Assembly (NCBI GenBank): GCA_038893995.1
Contig: JAWAQK010000022.1
Coordinates: forward strand, 1-35,832
Origin: Candidatus Thorarchaeota archaeon
Lineage (GTDB): Archaea > Asgardarchaeota > Thorarchaeia > Thorarchaeales > Thorarchaeaceae
DNA length: 35,832 bases
Direction: 5' to 3'
Shown here: positions 1 to 8,455 of the stretch, one piece after another
Layout: every line of letters begins with the position of its first letter
Numbering within the stretch: the stretch's first letter is position 1
Notes under the pieces: generated by a model
The model's input: the letters and a program-made list of their open reading frames with translations, nothing else
What the model was told of the DNA's origin: nothing
The model's database searches: none
Translations under genes and position numbers: made by a program

Positions 1-114
1 CTACGTCATGCCGCCTCAACAGATGTGGGCAAGAAGGCCTTCGGTCCTGCAAGATACGGTCATCCTGAGCTCGAATACGCCCCGATGGAACGGATAATCA
101 AGAACCTTCACTGA
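1..114 (+). CDS. 3' end of a gene entering the window; probable DUF917-family protein C-terminus
   Basis: Frame 1 is open from base 1 to TGA at 112-114: LRHAASTDVGKKAFGPARYGHPELEYAPMERIIKNLH. The 'G...FGP..YG....Y.P.E' pattern resembles DUF917 C-termini, and a hydantoin racemase gene follows. Confidence 0.5.
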   Translation, partial: LRHAASTDVGKKAFGPARYGHPELEYAPMERIIKNLH

Positions 115-260
115 GCCCTGACGTCTCACTCTTCCTGCCAGCATCTGGATGCAGCAGATGACTCGGGTACGTAGGCACGCGGGCGCAGTTGGCCAACCTC
201 GCATGAGTGATATGGACGATTGTCTATTGTACACTGCGGCCATCCTGGGAGGTAGTCGAC

Positions 261-1025
261 ATGAAGCGTATTGCACTCATAGGTGTGACCGGAATTGACT
301 GGTTCACCAGCGAGAACAAGCGGCAGTTCATCCAACGCATCACTCCTGCGGGATATGAGATCCTGAACATGCACGCCCGATATGGGACACACAGTGTGGA
401 GTCGCACGCTGATGAGGCGTACAATGCCCCCTACATTCTGGAACAGGTCGTCGTGGCCAACTCTCAGTCTGTTGACGCAATAGTCATCGACTGTGCCTGT
501 GACCCCATCCTCGACGCGGCAAGGGAGGTATCGGAGGTTCCAGTCGTGGGCGTCCGAAACTGTGCGCTCCACGTGGCACTCATGCTGGGCAGGAGGTTCT
601 CCATAGTCACAGTCCAGGGACAGTCGCTCGTGAAGTGCATGGAGGAGGGAGTCAGGAAGGAGGGTCTGCACCCGTTCTGTGCCTCTGTCAGAGTGCTAGA
701 CATCCCTGTCCTGAAGATCGCACAGGAACCCCAGAGGGTGCGGAGAGAGCTTGTCCGAGTCGTCAGGGAGGCTCGCGACCGAGATGGGGCTGACGTGGTA
801 GTCCTGGGATGCACTGGGCTGTCACACGAGGTGGATGTAGAGAGCGTCGCACAGGAGACCGGAGTTCCAGTCATAGATCCACTCATTGTTGCCGTCAAGA
901 TGGCAGCTCTGCTGGTCGACACCGGGCTCAGACATAGCAGGGTGGCATACCCATCACCTCCGAAGAAGCCTATCTCGGAGGCCCCTGATCTGAAGGGAGT
1001 GTTTGATGGAGTCCTCAGACAATAG
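261..1025 (+). CDS. Asp/Glu/hydantoin racemase family protein (hydantoin/allantoin racemase-like)
   Basis: Two catalytic Cys motifs IDCACDP and VLGCTGL; GADVVVLG; GVPVIDP; GGAGGT RBS before ATG 261. Confidence 0.9.
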   Translation: MKRIALIGVTGIDWFTSENKRQFIQRITPAGYEILNMHARYGTHSVESHADEAYNAPYILEQVVVANSQSVDAIVIDCACDPILDAAREVSEVPVVGVRNCALHVALMLGRRFSIVTVQGQSLVKCMEEGVRKEGLHPFCASVRVLDIPVLKIAQEPQRVRRELVRVVREARDRDGADVVVLGCTGLSHEVDVESVAQETGVPVIDPLIVAVKMAALLVDTGLRHSRVAYPSPPKKPISEAPDLKGVFDGVLRQ

Positions 1026-2274
1026 GAGTATGTCTTCTACTCTTCCTCAGGAGGACTGCAATCACCAGCAGCGAGACCGCCGAATAGAGGGCCGTGGCAA
1101 GATAGGGCAACGATGAGCCTGTATCGCCTCCCGCTATCCAGCCGCCGAACACTGGCCCAATGAAGAATCCTACACCTGCGAGGCTCTCGACCAGTCCCGC
1201 GTGGGCTCCCTTCTCGATATCGGTTGCAGATACTACGACATACAGAGCTGCGAGATAGGCGCATCCGACACCGATGCCGCACATGACTGACGCGAGCCAG
1301 AGCACAAGATAGACCTGTGATCCCCATATCATGAGCATTGACACGGAAGAGACCCCTCCCCCCATGAGCATCACCAACTCCATGTGCTCCTTGCGGAGTC
1401 TGGATATGGACGCAAAGGTCAGTGTCCGCGATATATTCCAAGTCATCAATAGGGCTCCAAAGTCAACTGCAGTATAACCCGGTAGGGTCTCGATGTACGT
1501 GGGATAGAGTGCCAGTAGGAGCGTGGATATGAAGCCAAACATCGCCACGGACACAAAAGAGGCTATGAACTTGGGACTGGTCCTCGTCTGCCTTCCTGTC
1601 TTTCTATCCATGGCCAGGTCAGCTGCGCGACCAGCGTCAGGTGCAACAGTGTTGATGACCTGTTCCGGTCTGTAGCCACCAATGAAGAGGAATATCAGGG
1701 CCAGAGAAAAAAGCTCGACGCCCAATACGACGTAGATGCTGCTGACATTTCCAAAGGTCTGCGACATGTAGGCTATGACCATCGGGCTCAGTACCATGCC
1801 CGCACTCCACGATGACGAGAAGTTGCCCAGCACGGCGACCTGTGAGGCTGGACTTAGCTCAGCAACCAGTCCCTCAATACTGGGGTAGTAGAGACCAAAG
1901 AAGAGTCCCTCTAGGGCTCTGATCACGATGAGGTGTATGGGTGTCACGAATGGCTGGGGGTAGATCAACAACAGTGTCATGTATGAGGTAGTCGCGACCA
2001 GGAGTGCGTTTCTACGTCCAATCCTGTCAGAGACCTTGCCCCCAATGGCAGGCGAGAACATGTAGACCACCCCAAACGACCCCATGGCCCAGCCCATCTC
2101 CCACGGAGATGCCCCGAGCACTCCCGCATACCAGGGCGCAAATATCTCTGTCACTCCCAGCGAGAAGGTGGCGAGAACAGTCAGTGCGTACGCCACCACT
2201 CTCATGTTTCGCTTCTGGCTCTCTGAGAGTGCTCCTCCCTGAGCCTGCTCCGGGCCGTGGTCCTCCTGGGTCAC
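1015..2274 (-). CDS. MFS transporter
   Basis: About 12 hydrophobic segments; motif A GKVSDRIGRR; RALEG. GTG 2274 follows an AGGGGTG RBS (the ORF track extends to 2304). Confidence 0.9.
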   Translation of the reverse strand: MTQEDHGPEQAQGGALSESQKRNMRVVAYALTVLATFSLGVTEIFAPWYAGVLGASPWEMGWAMGSFGVVYMFSPAIGGKVSDRIGRRNALLVATTSYMTLLLIYPQPFVTPIHLIVIRALEGLFFGLYYPSIEGLVAELSPASQVAVLGNFSSSWSAGMVLSPMVIAYMSQTFGNVSSIYVVLGVELFSLALIFLFIGGYRPEQVINTVAPDAGRAADLAMDRKTGRQTRTSPKFIASFVSVAMFGFISTLLLALYPTYIETLPGYTAVDFGALLMTWNISRTLTFASISRLRKEHMELVMLMGGGVSSVSMLMIWGSQVYLVLWLASVMCGIGVGCAYLAALYVVVSATDIEKGAHAGLVESLAGVGFFIGPVFGGWIAGGDTGSSLPYLATALYSAVSLLVIAVLLRKSRRHTPIV

Positions 2275-2284
2275 TGGAACACCC

Positions 2285-3292
2285 CTACCGCAGGCTGGGG
2301 ACAATTCTGTCAGCTATGGTCTTGACAGTTGCGATCACGTCCGTCCCAGGAACGGGAAACAGCACAGGGGTCGTGGCTCCTGCCTCCACTATCTCCTGTA
2401 TTCTCCTGGTGCATGCCTCCACATCCCCTACCACGCTGAGCTCTCGGACCTGTCTCTCCGTCAACAGGTCCGCCACACTACGGCCCTGTTCGTACGCGGC
2501 CCTGAATTCAAGAGTGTTCTGTTCAGTGACGCCAGCATGTGACATGAGTGGTCCTCCTGGCTGAGAATGTGGCAGGTAGAGACTCAGGAACTTCTTTGAC
2601 GTGTCGATGGCCCTATCTAGATCATCGTCTATCACCATTGGCAGGTAGGACACCATCTCAAAGTCGCCCAGGTCCCTCCCAGCCTTCTTGGCTCCCTCTC
2701 TGACCTGCTCCCATGCGAACCTCACGTACGAGGGCGTGTTCATGATGGACAGTATTGCTCCATCACCAATCTCTCCGGCCAGCCGGAGCCCATTCTTACC
2801 CTCGAAAGCCAGGTAGATCGGGACGCTTGTGCGGACTGGTCTGAATACCAGTTGGACATCCTTTGCCACAAAGAACTCGTCTTGATAGTTCACCTTCTCG
2901 CCGGTAATGATCCTCCGAACAAGCTCTACGCACGACCGTGTCCTCGAGAGAGGCTTTCCGACGTCAAACCCCATCTGAGACATCCAGTAGGGGACCCCCG
3001 ACCCAAGTCCGAACACTGCCCTCTTGTTCGAGAGTTCGTCAATCGTAGCGAACTCCATGGCCATTAGGGCCGGATGTCGTGAATATGGGTTCACTACGCC
3101 GAGTCCTATCCTTATCTTCTTGGTAGCATATGCCGCCGTGGCGAGGTAGGGTATTCCCCCCCGGAAGAAGTAGTCCTCCGCAAACCAGACCGATCCTATT
3201 CCCAGTTTCTCGGCAGTCACCGCAAGATCCACAGCCTCTCTGACCGGGTACACCCCTGTCATTGCGACCCCAAATTCTCTAAAGTGCGTCAA
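2285..3292 (-). CDS. LLM-class flavin/F420-dependent oxidoreductase (Mer-like)
   Basis: AEKLGIGSVWFAEDY, ATKKIRIGLGVVNPYSRHPA, IDELSNKRAVFGLGSG, LAGEIGDG. TTG 3292 lies 6 nt after GGAGGTG (the track starts at 3301). Confidence 0.9.
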   Translation of the reverse strand: MTHFREFGVAMTGVYPVREAVDLAVTAEKLGIGSVWFAEDYFFRGGIPYLATAAYATKKIRIGLGVVNPYSRHPALMAMEFATIDELSNKRAVFGLGSGVPYWMSQMGFDVGKPLSRTRSCVELVRRIITGEKVNYQDEFFVAKDVQLVFRPVRTSVPIYLAFEGKNGLRLAGEIGDGAILSIMNTPSYVRFAWEQVREGAKKAGRDLGDFEMVSYLPMVIDDDLDRAIDTSKKFLSLYLPHSQPGGPLMSHAGVTEQNTLEFRAAYEQGRSVADLLTERQVRELSVVGDVEACTRRIQEIVEAGATTPVLFPVPGTDVIATVKTIADRIVPSLR

Positions 3293-3351
3293 CCTGTACA
3301 CCTCCTACGGAAGAAAGATGGCTGGGGATGGTCCCTCGCGGGGCCTCTCCC

Positions 3352-5271
3352 CTAGGGCAGCTTTCCGATCTTGTCGAGATAGTCGGCCACGTCCTTGAGA
3401 CCGAGTTTCTCATAGGTCGCCCTCGTTGGCCAGCTGGTCCTGAGATCCCACTCATGGAGTGTGTAGTACCTGTCCAGCATCTGGTCGAGCTCCTTCTGCG
3501 AGTTCATCTGACCCTTCAGGGGTCCCGATGCAGCACCCTCATTCATGAGCCGCCATGGAAGGTTGTCGTGTGCCCTCGTTGCACCCCGCGTGACATTGAA
3601 TGCCTTCTCTAGGGTGACCACCCTACGGCCGGTCCTCATGATCTCTTCCTCCGTCATCCGGATCCCTGTGGCTGCCTCCCACAACCTGGCCATGTTGTCC
3701 GGATTCACGCCGTAGGCCGCAGTGGATGTGAAGGCACAGAAGCCTAACGAATCGGTGACCTCGTAGCAGTCCTCGTGCCACCGCACTATCTCCGCACGGT
3801 ACTCTGTGAAGTGCGGTGAGGCCCATTTCTTGCTACCTGTCAACTTCTCTATGAGTTCCTGGGCCTCGGGGCTGGCTCCAAACTCGGCAAACGTTTCAGT
3901 CATCAGGTGGTCGTTCCCACGCGGATTGACGGCAAAGGCGAGTGCGTATGCCTTGGCAGAGCGAGTTTCCACGTTGGACTGCTCAAGGCCCTTGGCGTTC
4001 ATCATGGCCCATTTGATCGAGTCCTTGCCCACCTTCTGAGTGGCGATCTTTAGGCCGTCGGCGAGAAGATTTCCTAGTTTGCCCTCTCTGTTTGCCATTG
4101 CGATCAGGGCCTGTTCAATCTCCTTTGCCCTTCCCCAGTCGAGTTCGAGACCGTCTGTGTCCTCCTTGGACAGTACTCCTCTCTTGTAGCTCTCAATCGC
4201 CCACTGGACAATTGCCCCGGCTGAGATCGTGTCTAGTCCAAGCCGGTTACATATCTCGTTCAGCCGGATCACTACCTCTGTGTCAATGCACCCCGGACCG
4301 TTTCCTAGGGCTCCAAAGGTCTCATACTCAGGTCCGCCGCTGGCGACTCCGGCATTCGGTCCCTTTGTGATCTCGCAGTATCTGTGGCATCCGATTGTAC
4401 ATCCGAAACAGGCCACCCTGCGCTTGAGATATCCTCTCTCCACAAGTGCCTGTCCTGTGATGGGGTAGACGTTCTCTGTGTAGCCGGTCTGCCAGTTTCT
4501 GCCCGGAAACGCATGCAGCTCGTTCACTCCAGCAATCGAGCCGCTAGTCCCGTATAGATGAAGGCTCACCGCACCGCTGTCCTTTCTCAGGAGTTCTCTC
4601 ATCTCGCGCACGACCTCAGCGACTCGTGCAGGGTCCTTCACCCTCACGGGCCTTGTGCCTCTGACGCATATTGCCTTGAGGTTCTTCTTTGCCATCACTG
4701 CAGCACCCCCACCCCTGGCCGCTGCATGATATACGGAACACTGTATCGAGGCAGCCCTCACAAGTCTCTCACCAGCAGGACCGATGTAGAGTCCCTTGGA
4801 TTCTTCACCATGCCACTTCTTGAGGAGGGTGTCAGTTTCGATTATGTCCTTGCCCCACAGGTCCTTAGCATCGAGGATCCTCACCTCGTCGTTCTCAATA
4901 TGTATGTATGAGGGTCTCTCAGCGACACCGTGGACCACCAGATGATCGTAGCCAGCGAACTTGAGCTCAGCTCCCCAGTGCCCGCCTGTGTTCGTCTTGA
5001 GATACAGCCCAGTCGTGGCACCAATCGTCGTCACATTTGTCCTACCCGAGGCTGGAGCGGTGGTCCCCGTGAGAGCACCAGGCGCATATATGATGATGTT
5101 GCGTGGGTCATCCCACGTTATGGAGGGGTCTCTGCAGTGGTCCCAGAGTATCCTCGCATTGATACCCCGCGAACCCAGATACAGTCGTCTCCACTCTTCT
5201 GGTAGGTCTTGGGTCCATATCTTCTCGTTACTAAGGTCGACGTGCAGAATCTTTCCCTGTTGTCCGTACAC
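3352..5271 (-). CDS. aor: Tungsten-type aldehyde:ferredoxin oxidoreductase family protein
   Basis: ELKFAGYD, IGPAGER, KNLKAI, CFGCTIGC, GPEYET, CNRLGLDTISAG, DSLGFC; 639 aa. Confidence 0.95.
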   Translation of the reverse strand: MYGQQGKILHVDLSNEKIWTQDLPEEWRRLYLGSRGINARILWDHCRDPSITWDDPRNIIIYAPGALTGTTAPASGRTNVTTIGATTGLYLKTNTGGHWGAELKFAGYDHLVVHGVAERPSYIHIENDEVRILDAKDLWGKDIIETDTLLKKWHGEESKGLYIGPAGERLVRAASIQCSVYHAAARGGGAAVMAKKNLKAICVRGTRPVRVKDPARVAEVVREMRELLRKDSGAVSLHLYGTSGSIAGVNELHAFPGRNWQTGYTENVYPITGQALVERGYLKRRVACFGCTIGCHRYCEITKGPNAGVASGGPEYETFGALGNGPGCIDTEVVIRLNEICNRLGLDTISAGAIVQWAIESYKRGVLSKEDTDGLELDWGRAKEIEQALIAMANREGKLGNLLADGLKIATQKVGKDSIKWAMMNAKGLEQSNVETRSAKAYALAFAVNPRGNDHLMTETFAEFGASPEAQELIEKLTGSKKWASPHFTEYRAEIVRWHEDCYEVTDSLGFCAFTSTAAYGVNPDNMARLWEAATGIRMTEEEIMRTGRRVVTLEKAFNVTRGATRAHDNLPWRLMNEGAASGPLKGQMNSQKELDQMLDRYYTLHEWDLRTSWPTRATYEKLGLKDVADYLDKIGKLP

Positions 5272-5272
5272 C

Positions 5273-5758
5273 TTACTTGACCTCCTTGGAGTACTTCTTG
5301 TAATCCCTCATTCTTGCTGATCTTAGCTTCTTCTTTCGGTCCATGGACTCCTTGCTGTCCTCTACCCACTGGAGGGCACCCGGCACGCAATGTGCGACGC
5401 AGTATGGGTTTCCCCCACAGAGATCACATATCAGTGGTGTCCGTGACTCAGGGTGGAGTCGGATGCCATGATACGGGCAGGCATCCACGCATAGTCCGTG
5501 TGACTTGCACTTTGACCTATCCACCGTCACGACACCTGTCTTTGGGTTCCTAGAGAGGGCCCTCTCAGGACATGAGTCGATGCAGGGGTGTGCCTCACAT
5601 TGTTCGCATAGCAGAGGCAGACCCAGTGCGATGTCCTCCCGCTTCCAGATCTTGATCCTCGACCTGAGGGGGTCGTACATGTTCTCTTTTGTGAAGGAAC
5701 ACGCCAGGGCACACTGTTTGCATCCTGTGCACTTCTCGTGGTCGACTATCAGCAGCAT
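5273..5758 (-). CDS. 4Fe-4S multi-cluster ferredoxin subunit associated with AOR
   Basis: CTGCKQCALAC, CEQCEAHPCIDSCP, CKSHGLCVDACP, CDLCGGNPYCVAHC; its stop lies 1 nt before the aor start. Confidence 0.93.
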   Translation of the reverse strand: MLLIVDHEKCTGCKQCALACSFTKENMYDPLRSRIKIWKREDIALGLPLLCEQCEAHPCIDSCPERALSRNPKTGVVTVDRSKCKSHGLCVDACPYHGIRLHPESRTPLICDLCGGNPYCVAHCVPGALQWVEDSKESMDRKKKLRSARMRDYKKYSKEVK

Positions 5759-5793
5759 GACTATGTCTCCTTCTCGGTGTCCCTAGTACTGAT

Positions 5794-5811
5794 GTTAAAC
5801 TCACATTTAAC
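5794..5811. promoter_or_regulatory. Inverted repeat GTTAAA-N6-TTTAAC in the AOR-operon promoter region
   Basis: GTTAAA 5794-5799 and TTTAAC 5806-5811; further TTTAAC copies near 5831 and 5860; lies between divergent genes. Confidence 0.35.
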
Positions 5812-5921
5812 TACTACTACTGCCGACCTGTTTAACCGTGCATAACTCTCCCACTGAGCTTTAACCCAATGCTTATCTCCTCATGAAATCGCACTCAGCG
5901 TAGCGACGAGGCCGGTCTTGT

Positions 5922-6737
5922 ATGTTCGAACCTGGAGCATCCTATTTTGCCCACTGTCCAGTCCCCATCTCCAGCTTTGCATCGAGTATCTCGTCCCTCG
6001 GGCTGAAGTTCATCGAGATACAGGCAGAACCACCATTTCGCCCCGCTGACCTGGAAGATACCGCACGTCGAGACCTCGTAGACCTGATGTCATCTTACGA
6101 CCTTGATGTCCGACTTCACGGTCCGATCTACGATGCTCGTCTCTGCGATCTCGACGACGGTCAGCGCCTATTGTCAGTACAGCTCGCTAAGGACTGTGTC
6201 CAACTTGCCAGAGATCTTGGCTCCGATGTGCTCGTCATCCATCCCGGCAAGTGTCCCGGTGACGGTGGCAATGGCGTCTGGGATACCTGCAGGGCCCGAT
6301 TCATTGAGAGCCTGAAGGAGATCTCACTCCTTGCTGGTGACCTTGGTGTGACAGTCGCTGTTGAGAATAAGCAGCGCGGAGGGGACCGAGAGCTCATCAT
6401 GTATCCTGATGAACATGTCCAGATCCTCGACGACATGCGCGATTACGGTGTAATGGCGGTGCTCGACATCGGACATGCCCACACAGTCGGTCTTGACCTG
6501 GTGCAGTATCTCGATCTGGTGAAAGAATATCTCATGGAGGTCCATCTCCACGATAATGTGGGTCTGAGAGATGAACACAGACCTCTCGGACAAGGAACGG
6601 CCGACATACGGGGCTTCATGCAGTCCCTGATGAGAGCAGGCTACGGTGGAGCGATCACTCTCGAACTGAGGAGCCTCGGGGCGATCAGCGAGGCACTGCA
6701 CTACCTGGGTATCCTCCCGCCCATCAGCATCCTGTGA
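5922..6737 (+). CDS. Sugar phosphate isomerase/epimerase (AP endonuclease 2 TIM barrel)
   Basis: LHGP, LVIHPG, VAVEN, LDIGHAH, VHLHDN, DEHRPLGQG and ITLE metal-binding motifs. Confidence 0.88.
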   Translation: MFEPGASYFAHCPVPISSFASSISSLGLKFIEIQAEPPFRPADLEDTARRDLVDLMSSYDLDVRLHGPIYDARLCDLDDGQRLLSVQLAKDCVQLARDLGSDVLVIHPGKCPGDGGNGVWDTCRARFIESLKEISLLAGDLGVTVAVENKQRGGDRELIMYPDEHVQILDDMRDYGVMAVLDIGHAHTVGLDLVQYLDLVKEYLMEVHLHDNVGLRDEHRPLGQGTADIRGFMQSLMRAGYGGAITLELRSLGAISEALHYLGILPPISIL

Positions 6738-6896
6738 GGTCTCGGCATCGGTGTGAAGTCTTGTGCACTCGATCCACAAAGCGACCAGCATACTCTACTA
6801 GACTCCACGACCTGTCCAGCACACTATATTAATCTGGAACAGTCACCGTGACTCAAGGCGATCGTGTGACATCACAATTTCTAGGAGGTTGTCAAG

Positions 6897-7415
6897 ATGG
6901 ACGTGATGGAGGCAATACTCGGTCGAAGGAGTATAAGGAAATACAAGTCCTCGCCGGTCGAGAAGGAGAAGGTCGACAAGATTCTGGAGGCGGCCCGGTG
7001 GGCACCGTCTGCGTCTAACCTACAGCCCTGGCACTTCATCGTCGTCAGAGACGAGTCTACTAGGTCACAGATGGCCAAGGCTCATCCCCACGGCCGATTC
7101 ATGAGCGAATCACCAGTCGTCATAGTCGTGCTTGGAGATCCAAGCAGACATCCGAAATACCACCTATGTGACCCGCACAACGCGGTCCAGAACATGCTCC
7201 TGGCTGCGTACTCTATGGGCCTTGGGACCTGCTGGATAGGCGTCCGAGACTCGGACGTAGAGCCACGAATCCGTGAGATCCTGGGCATTCCTGACACGCT
7301 GAGAGTTATCTGCTGCGTGTCCGTGGGCTATCCGGACGGTAGTGGCTCAAGCAGTCGACTGCCTCTAGATCAGCTGGTGTCCTACGAGGCATATGGAGCA
7401 AAGGAACGTCAATGA
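6897..7415 (+). CDS. Nitroreductase family protein
   Basis: RRSIRKY, ARWAPSASNLQPWHF, NMLLAAYSMGLGTCWIG, VGYP; GGAGGT RBS. Confidence 0.93.
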   Translation: MDVMEAILGRRSIRKYKSSPVEKEKVDKILEAARWAPSASNLQPWHFIVVRDESTRSQMAKAHPHGRFMSESPVVIVVLGDPSRHPKYHLCDPHNAVQNMLLAAYSMGLGTCWIGVRDSDVEPRIREILGIPDTLRVICCVSVGYPDGSGSSSRLPLDQLVSYEAYGAKERQ

Positions 7416-7455
7416 TGCGTCTTCGAGTTCACATCGTGAATCTGGAGGTCTCCCG

Positions 7456-8418
7456 ATGCTGATGGTGACGGATATCAAGAAGGCACACGGTCGCATTGCA
7501 GACGAGGTACATCGAACACCGATAATGAGATCAAGAACAATCAACCAGACAACCGGCAGCAATGTCTTCTTCAAGTGCGAGAACTTCCAGCGGTCAGGGT
7601 CCTTCAAGATCCGCGGCGCTCTGAACTGCCTCATGCAGCTATCCCCATCCCAGCGTGCCTCAGGTGTCATAACCCACTCATCAGGAAATCACGCCCAGGC
7701 CCTCGCTCTTGCAGCAAGAATCCTTGGATTACGGGCTACCGTCGTCATGCCTCGCAACTCGGCTACTCCCAAGGTCGAGGCTGCCCGTGGCTATGGAGCA
7801 GAGGTAGTGTTCTGTGAGCCCACCCTTGAGTCGAGAGAGAGGGTCACAAACTCATTGATTGAGAAGCACGGGTATACTCTGGTCCATCCCTACAATGATG
7901 AGAGAGTGATCGCGGGTGCTGGCACCGCCGCACTTGAGCTGCTAGAGGATGTACCGGATCTTGATGCCATCGTGGTACCAGTGGGTGGTGGGGGTCTCAT
8001 AAGCGGTTCGGCCATAGCTGCCAGAGGGCTTGACTCCAGTATTCGTGTGATTGGTGCTGAGCCTTTCAACGCTGACGACGCCTATCGATCCAAGTTGACT
8101 GGTCAGATTGCCTCCAATCCCACTGCCAATACCATCGCAGATGGGCTACGGACCACACTTGGCACCTTGACCTTTCCTATAGTTCGCGACCTAGTCAGCG
8201 AGATAGTGAGGGTCAGCGAGGCTGAGATCGTGGAGGCCATGAGGCTACTATGGGGACGGATGAAGTTAGTAGTTGAACCATCAGGAGCCGTGCCTCTGGC
8301 TGCGCTATTGTCCCGGCACGAGATGTTTGAAGGCCTTCGGACAGGAGTGATACTCAGCGGCGGAAATGTTGATCTCAATCCATTGTTTGAGCATTACAGG
8401 ACTGGGTCCGGTGCCTGA
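7456..8418 (+). CDS. PLP-dependent serine racemase / threonine-serine dehydratase family protein without ACT domain
   Basis: FKCENFQRSGSFKIRGA, THSSGNHAQA, PVGGGGLISG, EPFNADD, TIADG, LSGGNVD; GGAGGT RBS before ATG 7456. Confidence 0.9.
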   Translation: MLMVTDIKKAHGRIADEVHRTPIMRSRTINQTTGSNVFFKCENFQRSGSFKIRGALNCLMQLSPSQRASGVITHSSGNHAQALALAARILGLRATVVMPRNSATPKVEAARGYGAEVVFCEPTLESRERVTNSLIEKHGYTLVHPYNDERVIAGAGTAALELLEDVPDLDAIVVPVGGGGLISGSAIAARGLDSSIRVIGAEPFNADDAYRSKLTGQIASNPTANTIADGLRTTLGTLTFPIVRDLVSEIVRVSEAEIVEAMRLLWGRMKLVVEPSGAVPLAALLSRHEMFEGLRTGVILSGGNVDLNPLFEHYRTGSGA

Positions 8419-8455
8419 CGGTTGCACCACCCGCCATCGGAGAATCAGGTGCCAC

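Noticed and set aside
2285-3292. Calling the LLM gene mer (methanogenesis/Wood-Ljungdahl)
   Set aside because: Only family-level motifs are visible, and the AOR/MFS context favours a catabolic paralog.
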